A DNA stretch of 64,000 nt from the human T2T-CHM13v2.0 reference genome, Homo sapiens (GCF_009914755.1 NC_060926.1); one strand, 5' to 3'. Shown: positions 15,100 through 31,265, counted from the first letter of the stretch. The notes: a model not told the origin generated them from the sequence alone. Made by a program: numbers and translations.

Positions 15100-15620
15100 C
15101 ATGAACAGGTGGGGCGGGCCTACAGCAAGGAGCAGCACCAGCGCCTGTGTGTGTACTGTGGCCGCTGCTCGGCCCCGGGCGGTGCACTTTACCTGAACCG
15201 TCCTTCCAGGCCTCCCAAGCCATCTGCAGGAAGTGCTGTTTCCATCCCAGGCCTGAGATGGTGGAAAGGCTGGGGACTCCAGGGACACAGGGCTGGCAGG
15301 CGGGTGAGGTGGGCAAGTACCCCCGGCAGTCGGGCTCCGGAGCCCGCCTTCTTGACCAGGCCGCTGGCAGTGAGCCAGCCGGGTTCCGTTTCCATCGCGG
15401 GCCTTATCCGGGGCGTATTCCTTCCAGGTGCGGCCTCCGGGGAAGCCCAGTCCCCAGCCTGGAGGTGACGAGGCCGGCGCACCCACCAGGGGTCGCTGCA
15501 GGCAAGAGCTGGAGGCCTGAAGGCAGGTGGGGCCCAGGGAGCCGGCCCGGCACACTCGGATACACAGCTTTAGGTGTGCCAGATCGGGACGATGTTTTAA
15601 TAAAAGTAAAGCAGACATCT
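15100..15620. promoter_or_regulatory. CpG-island-like unique segment with CTCF-like motif
   Basis: Visibly high GC and CpG density. GC box GGGGCGGG near 15111 and CCACCAGGGGTCGCTG at 15483-15498. Confidence 0.5.
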
Positions 15621-15766
15621 CCGACCCACGAGGAAACCCAGCCTGGGTTTGGATCCACCTCTGAGCTCCACCTTCACTCAGCTGCCAAATGGGGACAGTG
15701 GCTGTGGCCCTGTCTCCCTCATGGGACCGCCAGGGGATCCTATGAAATCACAATACTTAGAGAGGG

Positions 15767-16063
15767 GGCCGGGCGCGGTGGCTCACGCCTGTAACCCAGC
15801 ACTTTAGGAGACCGAGGCGGGCGGATCATTTGAGGTCAGGAGTTCGAGACCTGCCTGGGCAACATAGTGAAATCCCGTCTCTACTAAAAATACAATAATT
15901 AGCTGGGCCTGGTGGCGGGCGCCTGTAATCCCAGCTACTCGGGAGGCTGAGTCAAGAGAATCACTTGAACCCGGGAAGCAGAGTTTGTAGTGAGCCAAGA
16001 TCGAGCCACACTGCACTCCATCCTGGACAACAGGGCAAGACTCTGTCTCAAAAAAAAAAAAAA
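15767..16063 (+). mobile_element. Alu (AluS) with many retained CpGs
   Basis: GGCCGGGCGCGGTGGCTCACGCCTGTAA... through to poly-A. Confidence 0.95.
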
Positions 16064-16354
16064 TACTTTCAGACCGTGGAGTACCTTGGTGCCTGAGATG
16101 ATCCTATTGGCCTCACTAGGTGCCCGTGGGGGTGCCACCACCAGTGATGAAGGGGAAGGGAGATCAACCCCTACTTTTCCGAGGGTCTTTCCCATGTAAG
16201 AAATACAAGCTGAATCTTCCTGAAATTCAGCCACAGATCCCACACTCCCTTAAGGCACACTCAGGTCCTACGATGGCCTGCTGCAGACACTGGCAACGTC
16301 AGGCCTGGAGCATCCTTGTCTAGGATGGGTCTGGGGCTTTGGGCTCTGTGGTGT

Positions 16355-16510
16355 TATTTTATTATTTATTTATTTATTTATGTATCTATTTTTAGAGACG
16401 GAGTCTCACAAAGTTGCCCAGGCTGATCTCGAATTCCTGAACTCAAGCAGTCAGCCCGCTGTGGCCTCTCAAAGTGCTGAGATTAAAGGCATGAGCCACT
16501 GTGCCCGGCC
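16355..16510 (-). mobile_element. Alu left monomer (FLAM-like)
   Basis: (TTTA)n tail followed by a single Alu arm. Confidence 0.85.
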
Positions 16511-17897
16511 TTCTGTGGTTTTAAATGAAACTTTTGCAGGCTTTTTTTTTTTTTTTAATTAAGAGATCATTCGCATGCCATAGAATTCACTCTTTTAAAT
16601 TGTCCAATTTGGTTGTTTTTAGCGTATTCACAAGTTTGTGTAACCCCCCCAGCAATTCCAGAGCACTTCATCAGTCACCTCAAAAAGAAACCTGTGCCAG
16701 TCTTCCCCTTCGCTTACCCCTGGCAACCACTGATCTACTTAACCTTTTCTTTATATTGTGTCTTTTCATTGCCGCTTGTGTTCTATGGGGATTAAAAAAA
16801 AATAGATGGCTTACTTCATGTGAGCAAGAAGGGACCTGTGTCTCAGGGTAGCAGACAGGGTTATGGGGACTCCTTGGGGTTAGAACGTGGGGTCCCATGC
16901 CTCAACCCTCTCTGATGAGCTGTGTGAGCACAGAGGAATGAGAACATCTTTCTGGCTTTTTGTCTTCTCATTCTGTTTCATTCTCATTCATGATGGTTAA
17001 CAGTGATGATACTTGTCCCACTTACAGCAAGGAAATCCCACGTCTCCTAAACAACAGAACCCCAAATCTGCCTGGGCTTGATGCTGGGAGGAGAAGCTTC
17101 CAGGGGCAGCAGGATCAAGGAGCTGGCTCTGTCCCTGCCTCTGTTCTCACTGTCACCCCTCTCTGTTTCCCATGAGTGCGGCCCCCAGCAAGCTGGGCCT
17201 GTGTGCTGCTCCCATGGCGGCCACGGCCCCCTTACCCAGGACACCACCAGCCCAGCAGGGAGGGGCTGACGTCCTCACAAAGACTTACTAAATATTCAAG
17301 GAGGCGACGGGGAAAAGAGAGCACGAAACACAGCATTTAGTTCCCTGAAGAATTAGAAGCAGTTTGCAAAGATGCACTCAATATGACAAGATTAAAAAAC
17401 ATACGTGAGGAAATCAGAGAGGAATAAAAATGAGGGGGAGAAAAAAATAAGATGAAGCCAGGGAGAGGTTGGTATGGAAACTCCAGATGGTGATTTAAGG
17501 AGCACTTATGCAGCACACTTACCACGATCCGAGCGCCGTGCAAGTATCATCAACTCATTTGATCCTCGGGACACTTTGGAGGCAGGGGCTGTGATTATCC
17601 TCATTTTGCAGTCAGAAAAGCCCAGGCACAGAATTGCAGCTTGTTCAGGGGCTCCAAGCTTCTAGGTGGCAGAGCTGGGTCTCAAGCCTGGGCAGCCTGG
17701 TGTGCAAGTTCATGCCACCCCTGCTGCTTTTTCATGATATCACATGAACGCACTGGGGGTGGGCAGGGGAGCCCGGGCATGAGCAGAATAAGCAGGGAAT
17801 ATCTTTGTCATCTTGGATCTTGTTCCAGAAATCATAGGTATTTTGCATTTTTCCCCATGATGTTTCTATATTTGTGCAAGTGTGTTGAAAATTAGGT

Positions 17898-17929
<32 letters not shown>

Positions 17930-17935
17930 CACGCA
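17898..17935. repeat. (TG)n(CG)n alternating purine-pyrimidine microsatellite
   Basis: Read directly as TGTG...TGCGCGCGCACGCA. Confidence 0.95.
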
Positions 17936-19231
17936 GGCACTCTGTCTGAGCTTCAGCTGAGGCCCTGAGGGGTTCTGAAGAAAGCACAAGGTGTCAGGTA
18001 GCCCATCTCTGCCTGGGCGGTTGAGAGCTGTTCTACCAGCATGGGCCCTCACCCACTCCAGGGAGAATAAGGCAGGGTGAGAGTTTGGGGAGCTTGAGGA
18101 GGCTGGTGCAGGGACTGCTCTGGAGAGGCTGCCTGTGCACTAGTCTCTCCCAAGTCTGGGGGAGGCATTTGAGGGAACTGTCTGGATAGTTGTGTGTGTC
18201 TTTGGAATTGGAGGGACCCAGGGACTGGTGTCTGAGCCCCTAGAAAATTCTCGTGATGAGAGAATGTTGGCTAAAAGGCTGGCGTTGGGCGCTTCCTTCA
18301 TTCATTCATTCATATGACCCTCAACAAACATTTACTGAATGTTTGATTGTGTGTTCTAGGTGCCAGGGATGCACCTGTGGACCACACAGATTGCCCCGTG
18401 ACCTTACATTCTAGTAATGAGGGTAACAGCTTCAGAGGGACCCTGCCCATGAGTTGGGGGCAAGGGGCCTGCAGGTGAGGAGTGGGCTGCAGCGGGCTCT
18501 GATTGGGCAGCTGGAAGAGGGCCCGGGTCTGTGGCCGGATCCCTGCACTCCGCATGCCCCAAGATGGTGGACGTTTGACACCATTCATTGGTTACCTACT
18601 GTGTACATATAGTATCTGTAATCTGCGTTCTCCCTGAAGGTAGAGATTATAGCCCCACTTTGCAGAGGAAAGCAGTGGCTCAGAAAGTGCCGGGGGTGGG
18701 TGTTGAGGTCCACCCAGGGGTTCTTTTCCTCAGAGCTGGCCACTCTCTTGCCACTCTGATGAGTTTCTCTTGGTTTTCAAAAATGGAGCAGGCAGGAATG
18801 GAACCTCTCTGAGCTCCATCTTTGCTGCAATCTGACACACGTCGTGAGTTATGTCAATTTTCCAGAGGCTCCAGGCAAGAACAGCTCCTCGTGGAGACTT
18901 CTCAGGCTTATTAAGGAGTCAGATCTGGGTGGCAGCAGCAAGGAAGCAGCTCTAAGCATGTTCTGGAATCATTCATAGGCTTTTATTTTCTGAGCTGTTC
19001 CCAAGAGTGTAACCAAATGCTAATACCATTGACATTGTTTTCTTAATGATTACTTTGGCTTGTATTAGGAAACAGCTTAATTAGCATTAATTAGAGTGTT
19101 CTCTCTACAGGACACATCTCCCTCAAAGCAAGGTCTCCTTAGTTTACTCATTTGCAGGGGGAGAACTGTCACTGACTGAGGTTAAGGGTGTGGCCCAAGG
19201 ACACAGGAGGTGACAAACTGGGGAACAAAGC

Positions 19232-19558
19232 TGTCAGTCTGTTCAGGCTGCTGTAAAAAAATCACCACAGATTGGGTGGCTTAAAAACAGCAAAAATTTA
19301 TTTCTCATAGTCTGGAGGCTGGGAAATCCAAAGATGAGAGCGCCTGCGGATCTGGTGTCTGGTGAGGACCCATTTCTTGGGTCTTCTCAATGCATGCTCA
19401 CACAGTGGAAGCGGCAAGGCAGCTCTCCATGGCCTCTTGTGTAAGGGCACGGATCCCGTCAACCACTTCTCAAAGACCCCACCTCCCAATACCATCACAC
19501 TGGGCATTAGGATCTAATGCATGGATTTTGGGGAGACACAAACACTCAGTCTATGGCA
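19232..19558 (-). mobile_element. MaLR LTR (MLT1A/MSTC-like)
   Basis: AGTCTGTTCAGGCTGCTGTAA...TCTGGAGGCTGGGAAATCCAAAGAT...GACACAAACACTCAGTCTATGGCA. Confidence 0.85.
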
Positions 19559-20702
19559 AAAGCTCTAACCACAGCCCCTAGTCCTGTGTTCTCTACATTT
19601 GACTGTGCTGCTTCTCAGAGAGCAGGACTTATCATCAGAGAACCTTCCAGTTTCTTGCTCTTCTGCTGGAGAGGCCTGTGTGGACGTTCCCCTTGCCAGG
19701 GCCAGCCTTGTCCATCGGAGGAGTCGCACAGGGCCACCCCAGGGTTCAGTAGGAAGTGACTTCATTCAGCGGCAGGCCTGACCGTACAGCATTTTCCACA
19801 GCGTTGATGAGAAAGGACAAAGGTGCTGAAGTTTATGAAGAAAACCCACAAGATCCAGGGTTTCTTTCAGGTGGTTGTTATTTCTGAAAATCTGAATTTT
19901 TAAAATGCTGGGTATGTAATTACCGTATTCTGTAGATTTGTACTCGAATAAAGGCTGCAACATCAACAGTCAGTCAACAAATACTCGCTGAGCCCCTCCT
20001 GTGTGCCGGGCACTGTCCTTGGTGCTGGAGATGCTAGGCAGTGCCTGGTCCTGGTCTCAGGGTTTAACGCTGCCGAGGGTGGAGTGGGGAGCAGACACAG
20101 AACAGACAGCCATGACAATTCTAGGTACAGGTGCATGCGGGGAGGATAACAACAGGAGGCCATGTGACAGCGGGTGACCAGGAGGGGGCCTTAGCCAGTA
20201 GTTGGTCAGGGAACGCCTCCCCGAGGGGAGAGGCAGAGCAGAGGCTCACATGATGAGGTGGTGGCAGCAGATGCCCTGGGGGATTCAGGCCAGGTCCAAA
20301 GAGTGGCCCAAAAAAGGCCCTGGGGCGGGGATGCTGTTGGGCTCGGAGCCTAGCGAGCAAGGGGAGACGCAGGTCCAGGGTGAGTGTGGGAAGGGGCAGG
20401 GCAGAGCACCACGGGGCAGAGCGTGGATTTCACCCTGGCTGAGAAGTCTCTGGAGGGTTTTAAGCAGGGTGCTGTGGAAGGAGACTGTAGATGGATGGGC
20501 GTGGAGGCAGTGAGATGGCTTAGGGGTTGCTCTGTTGCAAAAAAAATCAGGAGGACAAGAGAGACCTCGGGGTAAAGCAGGAGATCACAGGCAGCTTGTT
20601 TCCCCCCCCCCTTTTAATTTCTATTTCTCTTTTCTTTCTTTAATATCCCACCTCAGCTGGACTGGGACAGATGAGAGTTATGGTGAGTTAAATTAGGGCC
20701 AT

Positions 20703-21818
20703 GTGTTAGTCAGGGACTAGGCAGGAGACAGAAACCACACCGGTACTTTGAACAGGGAAAAGGTAACAGGGAAAATGACTCATCAACAAGCACAAAGGGT
20801 CTGGTATTATGGGTTGAATTGTGTCCCTGAGAAAGACATGTTGAAGTCCTAACCCCGATACCTGTGAATGTGACCTTATTTGAAAATAGGATCTTTGCAG
20901 ATGTAATCAAAGGCAGGCTTTGTCCAATATGACCAGTGTCCTTGTAGGAAGAGGGACATTTGCATGCAGACACACAGGGAGAAGATGGCCATGGAATGCA
21001 GAGGGAGAGAGTGGAGTGAAGCCACTGCAAGCCATCAGTGGAAGAGGCCAGGAGGATCCCCGGGGTCTTAGAGGGAGCAGGGCACTGCTGACACCTTGAT
21101 TTCAAATTTCCATCCTCCAGAACTGTGAAGAACATGTTCCTGCTGTTTTTAAGCCACTGGTTTTTAGCACTTTTGTTACAGCAGCCTCAGGACACTACTA
21201 ACAGGTGAAATCTGGTGGCTGAGTGCTACAAAGGGTAGAAGAGGACTCCAGGGATCTCAGGAACAGCAGCTGCAGGAAGCGGCTGCTACCTTTAGGGCTG
21301 AGAGGGAGTCAACAATGAAGGAACTAAGACTTCCGCCCCCTCGAGTGGAGCCCCAGACCTTCAGGAGGGGATGCAGCTGCTGCTGGAACACCAAAAACTG
21401 CTGCTGGTGGGGAGATTTGCCAGCGTGGGAGCCAGAGAAGTCTAGAGGACCAGCCCAGACGGCGGCCTGAAAACTCAGAGAGAGAGAGAGAGAGAGAGTG
21501 GGCCAGAGCTACTCCACAAAAGTGGCTCGTAGGGTGTAGGGTGTGAAGTTTGCTGGAGAATGAGTGCCATCACTGCTCCTGCACACCAGCCCCACTGGCA
21601 GCTGTGCCACAGGAGGAAACGCCATGTTCTGGCAGCAGGAAGAGAAGCCCCTTCTTCTGCTGTCTTTGGGGCATCCCTCCAGAGCCCCCTGTGACAAAGC
21701 CTAACATTGCACCAGCTGACAAAGGGGAAATGTTTACAGGGCCCAGCTCCAGTATTTCAAAGCAGGGCAAAGAAGGGTGACTTCAGAGCTGGGACATAAT
21801 AACATGATGACTGGCATA
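20703..21818 (-). mobile_element. Ancient ERV LTR (subfamily uncertain), interrupted by MLT1
   Basis: Starts TGTGTTAGTCAGGG...AGAAACCACAC. The distal part, GACAAAGCCTAACATTG...GGAAATGTTTACAGGGCCCAGCTCCAGTAT, is typical of old mammalian LTRs. Confidence 0.5.
20805..21203 (+). mobile_element. MaLR LTR (MLT1B/C)
   Basis: TATGGGTTGAATTGTGTCCC...GAATGTGACCTTATTTG...CCTCCAGAACTGTGA...GCAGCC...CTAACA. Confidence 0.9.
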
Positions 21819-22910
21819 GCTGGTAGCAAGAAAGGGGTGGGGGAGCTTGTGTGAGCAAACAAGGCTTGGGCCTCCTCTGCAGTTGTTCATAGTTCTGTGA
21901 CATTACAAAATTGCATTTAAAAAATTGTGATAGGGAGGACACCCTGCCCTGATTAATCACATAACCTGGGTTTCCCTGTTGTCATCTGTCTTGTCAATCC
22001 ACATAGTGATCATCATCTTGGCTGCACAGATGAGTCAATAGAGGCGTGGAGATGTTGAATAATGAGCTTAAAGTCATGCCATTAATCAGTGGTGTCCATC
22101 TGCCTCCCAGGCCTGTGTATTTTCTATTCATCCTGCCGTCTCTCTTGTGGGGAACCAGAATGCCTGGAGGATTCTGCTCCTGAGAGCTCAGTGCTGGCTC
22201 TCACTTTGTCCTTCTTTGATGACTTGGCCCCTCTGCTGTCTCTGTGGGTCCTGGCCACAGGAGACACTGACCTCTACACTCCCAGGCCCAGGGTATACAC
22301 TGGCTTGAGCACAGGTCCCTGGACCATGAATGCCCTGCCCAGCTCCAGTTTAGGAACAGCATACTGGAGCCCAAGCACACAAGGCATGCAAAAGCTCAAA
22401 AGTAGATCTCACCTCTAGGAGGGTACAGTCAGGTTTTCAATGGATTCTCTTGATTACCACTTACAAGGATTTCTACCCCTTAAACATGGAAGGATTTCTC
22501 CTTTGACGGGAAGTGAGCTTGGAGGCATTCCTGAGCACCCATTCCTGCAGAATGCCTCCTCCTTTGGCTTCTTGATAGCAGGCTAAGAAAGTATCTGGCA
22601 GGTGCAGAGACAAGCCTGCCCAATGTGGACAGGATCCAGCCAAGTGCCAGCTTGGATCAAATGTCCCATGCCCTGGGCAGGAAGAAAGATGATCTTCCTA
22701 GAGGAACCAGAACTCTCTGGCAAAAGCTCGTGAGTGTTGTAGGCCAGCTCCAGTATTCGAGGTTACAATCAGGCATCCTCTGGGGAACTTACTTCTCTTG
22801 TCAACACTAGGGCGAGAGGTGGCTGGATTTCTTTGGAGGAGCTTTGAGGATGCTTTCAGATTCTGTATTCATCAGTTCCTGTGTTTATCAATATCTACTG
22901 AACCTACTGA

Positions 22911-23253
<343 letters not shown>

Positions 23254-24574
23254 TTTTCATGAGTTATTTAATCTTCATGACAACTCTGTGAAGTCACCAT
23301 TCTTGTCCCCCTTTTACAAATAAAGAAACTGAGGCTCTGGGAGGTTAAATAAGCACACGGCACTAGCATGGGGAGACTTGGTTCTAGCAATTTCTGGCAG
23401 TTGGCTTTTGATGGCCATTTCCTATAGGACAGGCCCTTCTCTTACCGTCCCCATGCCCTTAGAGGTTTGGCCTGTTTGTTAGGGTGTCTGTGTGCATAGG
23501 TATCCTCCTGGCCTCATTCCCAAAAGGGCTTGAGATAGTGTGTCCAAATACAAATGGGAGGAAGACCGCATACATGGACAGATCAGGGCTAAGAAAAATA
23601 CAGGTAAAGTGAAAGACAAGGTCTGCAGGAACGTTCGTATGTGCATATTCAGTACAGTCAGGGCAGAGATTCCTCATCAGTTACAGTCAGGGCAGAGATT
23701 CCTCAGAGCGAAAATAGAGAAACTGATTAGTTAATGTGTTTTCTACTTTACTAGTACACGTCACTAGTACACGTCAGGTAAAATAAACCAACTAGTCCTG
23801 TATGTACACGCGTTCGTAGATCTCAAACAAAACAAAAACAAAACAAAACAGGAGGTTGAGTGGAAAGGCAGCTGAAAGGAAAGCTCAGAGAGGTGAAGTA
23901 ACAGCTCGAGGTTGCAGCCATCCCTGCATTCCTTCAGGCTGCAGAGCTCCAGTAGCAGACCCAGGATTCAAATCCAAGTGTTTCTGGCTCTGGAGCTGGG
24001 CTCAAATTTAGGGCATTACTTTTTTCTTCCATTTCAAACAGGACACATATCCGACCCTCAAGAATAGGAGATAAAGCAGGCGCATAAATAGCTCCTTGTG
24101 TTCTGTCTTTCTAAGGACACAGGAGGGTGAGGCAGGCTGTGGGCAGGGCTTCAGAGCCGCGCAGGCAGGGGCATGGGTGGGCGTGGCTGCGTCTTATAGG
24201 CTGAGCCACTGGCTGTGCCCCTGAGCTGAGCTGGGTGAGTACTCTAGGCATTCCTGGCAGAGGATACAGCAGGAGCAAAGGCCTGGAGGCTAAAAATAGC
24301 TTGCGGGCAGGGGAGCTACCAGCAGTTCAGTGCTTCTGGAGTTTAAAGAGCCCGGCGAGGGTCATGTCAGATGACGCCGGTCCACGAGAAGGAGGGTGGA
24401 TTATATCCTTAGAGACGCCATAGAGTGAGGATATAATGGCTCTGTAACAAGCATAAACTGTGATGGTCTGGGATGCCCTCGTCATAGACAGCCCCTGGAG
24501 AGTCGTAAGTAGAGTGTGACATAACCAGATTTGTGCTTTAGAAAGGTTGCTGGTTGCAGAGCTGGTGGGATGCG

Positions 24575-25470
<896 letters not shown>

Positions 25471-25873
25471 TTGCAGCAGAAATGCTTTGAGTCCTGGATG
25501 ATGGGGCCAGGTGGATTATTGGATTGGAGGTAGGGAGAGTAAACAGTGATTACTACAAGAGTCTGGGGGAGAGATGGTGAGGGTCTTGCCTAAGGCATTC
25601 CTGGTGGTGAGTAGCCAGGAGGCGAGGATTTGGAGAACTGTATCAGGAAGGAAGGTTGCTTTGAGGTATGGGATGGGGCTGGCGGGGGGCTAGGTAGAAT
25701 AGTGTGAGTGGGGAGTGGCAGGGGCAGTTGGAGGAGAGCTGGGTGGAGACACCAGCAGTTGGAGGCATGGCCTGAAGCTGGGGAGAAGCTCTAGGCTGGG
25801 GGAGCTTGGGAGGAGGTAGGAGGTGTGGCCTTGAGCTCCAAGGGGCCACCTGGTAGAGCAGCGCCGAGGGAGA

Positions 25874-26018
25874 GGGCTGACTGGGACTGAGCCAGGGCAA
25901 GCCAGGTGCCCGGGATGCAAACTGGGAGCAGGCCCTGCCCTGCACACCCTGGGAGCCAGGGCCTCCTGACATTTTGTTGCCTGGTTGCCTCTCTTGCCTC
26001 ACCCTTGTCCCAGCCCTG
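25874..26018. mobile_element. MER96-like hAT MITE (degenerate palindrome)
   Basis: Ends CTCTTGCCTCACCCTTGTCCCAGCCCTG, with a mirror arm GGGACTGAGCCAGGGCAAGCCAGGTGCC. Confidence 0.6.
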
Positions 26019-26384
26019 GGGGAGGCAGCCTTGGGACCAGCCATGGATTAAAGGGGCTGGCTGAGGGCAGAGGCTTGAAGGGAAGGAACAAAGAGGTAAA
26101 AGAATGTGTTGAGGGGAAAGTGTCCTGGAGGGCCAGGGCATGCACTCCCAAGTTCATGGGAGAGAGGCAGGGAAGGACTAGAAAGTGTCCTCCATTAGAT
26201 GTACTGATTAGGCGCCACTGACACCCTTAGTGAAGCCGTTCTAATAATGCAACAGAGGCTTGGATAGTCTCTGACTCTATGAAACAATAATAGAAAGTCA
26301 GGGTGTTTACTCATTGGTCGTATCCTAGCAACAGCGTGTTCTCAGCAAGGGTAAGTGTTCTAGAACGCGAGACCAAATTATACG

Positions 26385-26399
26385 AGAACATAATGTTCT
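26385..26399. promoter_or_regulatory. Perfect palindromic GR/AR/PR/MR response element
   Basis: AGAACA-TAA-TGTTCT in unique sequence, with a forkhead motif TGTTTAC at 26304-26310 and extra TGTTCT half-sites at 26337 and 26356. Confidence 0.6.
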
Positions 26400-29224
26400 A
26401 GAATGTCTGCATGCATTTGCCAGCCGATTTCTTCTCAGAGGTACTCAGGAGATGCTTGAAAATTACCCCCCTTTCCTCTGAATTTGAAGGTAGTTGATAA
26501 CAAGCATTTATTATGTTAACAGAACTTAAATGCTTGGCCAGGGTCACCTCCCAGAATTCAAAGTTAGCATGAGGGGGAAGAGGATTAAGAGCAGCGTCCC
26601 CGCAGGGAAAATGAGCTGTGAGTTGTACCTTGCCACTCTTAAATCAAACATCGCTGACTGTTCTTCAGAATCACTGTGGGATTATTTGTTCTCCAGAGAA
26701 TATGTGAACAATGCATTCCTTTCCCCGCTCTTTGGATCCTGCCCGTCAGTGGTGGCTGACTGGAGCAGCTTTTATGGATGCACAGAAAATTGGAGGAGGT
26801 CTTATTAGGCTTCTTCCTCCAATGCTGCCATTCCCATTCAGGACCCTTCTGGGAATCCTGCACACTCATGGGGAGCCCTTGGCACTCCGTGCATGGCATT
26901 TGTTCTGTTCTACCATCCCCCCAATAGCTGGGCGTGATCTGGTCTCTGAGTGAGGTTGGGCGGTTCCCTCAGTGGTGCTCTCTTGAACCCCAGAGCCCTT
27001 TGGACCCATCCTTCTGTCCAAGTCCTCCTAGCCAGCCCCCTTGGCCCAGCCAAAAGGCTCCCCTGAAGCAGCCCCCAAGCATGAGCTGGTCCGGACTGCC
27101 CTGAGGTCCTCCTGCTGCCAGCTTCCTCGTAGGACACCCTGCTCTGTCTCTAGTCCCACTTCTGCCCAGCCCAAGGCCTGATACCCAGTGACTTCCTGAG
27201 GACATGTGAGTGTCTGATCCTGGGCTGCTGGCCTGGGCCCCACGTGTCCACACCACTGGCTGCCACCCTAACTGCTCAGAGCTCCCTTACTGGGTGGCAC
27301 TCTTCCCAGCGCACTCAGGGAGGGGTTGAGCTCGCTTATCAGAGCCCAGCTCGTTGAGCAGGCATACAGTAGGCGCTTAAAAAAAAGTCAATGGATTAAA
27401 ATATTGGCAGAATAGAAATGTTCTGCCTGTTTTAATGTGAAACTTTTTTTTTTTAAATCATTTTCTTTGCTCTGCTGGAAGGATGGCATGTAATTATCCC
27501 CTGCCTCATAACATAGGAAGTTAAGCTCTCCTTGTCCTGGAGGGAAGAGGAACCGATACAGAATTTCAGTGGCTCTGGACTCAAGGGCCACTAAGGTCAA
27601 CTGTGAAAGGGTAAGATTTGTTTTGGGGAGCGAGTAAACTGGCATGGAGGAATAAAGAAGGGCAAGAGAGAGGGGTGACTAGAGGAGCTCGCCTGCATTC
27701 AGGGGGCTCTCAGAGGAGCCCTGGAAGCCTGGGTGTGGGCTTAGGAAGTCACTCAAGGATGGAGAGGCAGTGGCGGAGCCAGCGGAGTCCCCCCACGAGG
27801 GCCTTGTTCAGGTGCGGAAGACAGCCTGTGGATGCCTCCAGTTCTGCAAGAGCCTTCCCTGGCTGGCACCTGGGCTGATGCAGCAGATCCTCCTGTGGGT
27901 GCCGGAGGGTCTTCAGCCCTGATGTTGAAGCATCACAGAAGCTGCACTCTGGGACCTGAGACCAGGCCGGCTCTGTCTGATGACTCAGTCAACATTCAGG
28001 GCCTACAACCACTGACCTCCCACCAAGACACACACAAGGAACTCGCGCTCTGACCCAGGGGTACAGCTCACCCTTTCACGCGTGCAGGCCTGGGCTTCCA
28101 GAGGCTTCCCAGTGTGCCTGCCCGAGGTCACATCTCCAGCAGGGGCAGCCCTGGGTTGGGAACACGGGCCTCTGATTCCAAGCGAGCTCCTCCATTCCTG
28201 GCGGCTTCAGGAGAGCTCCTGGGGGTGCTCCGAGGCTTGTTCTCCTCTTCTGTCTGGATGAATAAGATTCTGGAGAATCAAAGACAAGAGGCCTGCAATT
28301 AAATTCTATTTTAAACAAGAAATGAAGACACTGCTTAAAATAAGTTCTGTGGAGATATGTGAAATGTAATGTTAATGAAGGTATTGGGTATTTACTGAGA
28401 GCCAAATACTGTTGTAAGCTTGTTACAAGGTCCTGTATCCTCAATCCTTAAAACAACTCCCTTACATTGGCTCTGGAGAGGAAGCCAGATGGCTGCTGGC
28501 TTTTTCCTTACAAAGCAACACCTCCAGACACCTGGTTTGTGGCTCGGGATGCCAGAAAATGGTGCTCCTTTTGCACATTGGTAACTATTTCCATGTAGAA
28601 TACTTCTGGAAACTGGAGATCATCAACAGGTTCTGCAAACAAAGCCCAGAGAACAATTGTGACCCTGCTCAGGGTGTTTTCTTCCCACTGCATTAGCCTG
28701 AGAACAGTCTTCCGTGTTCCTGTTGGAGGCTCAAGGGAGAACTAAGTTAGACATAACCATGGTAACTAACATGCAATTAACTCCAATCACTGCTAATCGC
28801 TGGGTTAGAATTTCCTCCTTAGAGTCTTAGAAGAGTACTGTGAGACACATACGTCCTACCATGCAGGGGCTGTTCCTGTGGCTTTGAGACTGTGGCAACA
28901 GTGGCAGGTACTGTGGGGTGACCCCAGTCTCCATTCAAGATCCCTGGGCTCCGGGCCCAGCCTCCTACCCGGCCTGTGTGATCTCAGGCAAGTCACTTCC
29001 CTCCTGATCCCTCGGAGTTCCCTTATGAAAGGGGAATGATACTTCACGGCTGCCTTGACTTCTTATAAGAATACAAAGAGTTAAAGCTTAGGAAACATAT
29101 ATTGTAAGCAATATGTCAATGTCAGGGTTCCCTGCCTTACTCTTCAGCCCCAGGAAGTGACTTGTGGGTGGTAGAAGTTGGATGATACATCTTTTGAATT
29201 TTTTTTCAAGCTTTTTTATGATGG

Positions 29225-30302
<1,078 letters not shown>

Positions 30303-30502
30303 TAAAACAGTTCTGTTGAATTTCACCCTGGCAATGTAAACTGTTAGCTCGCCTTCACAGGTGTGGGACAGAAAGTTATCCCTCTGCTTACCTGAGACAA
30401 ATGCCTATCTGTTGCTTCCTCTGCCCTGTTGTTTATGTGAAACTGCAGATTCCCTGAGCCAGAGTAAACTGTGTATTCAGTGAAAGGCTAATCAAGGACT
30501 CA

Positions 30503-30826
<324 letters not shown>

Positions 30827-30959
30827 CAATGCGACCTTTGTCTGTTGTCTGCTTATGACCTGGAAGCCCCTTGCTTCTAGTTGTCCTGCCTTTCCGGGCC
30901 AAACCAATGAATATCTTACACGTATTGACTGATGTGTCATGTCTCCCTAAAAGGTGTTA

Positions 30960-31265
<306 letters not shown>

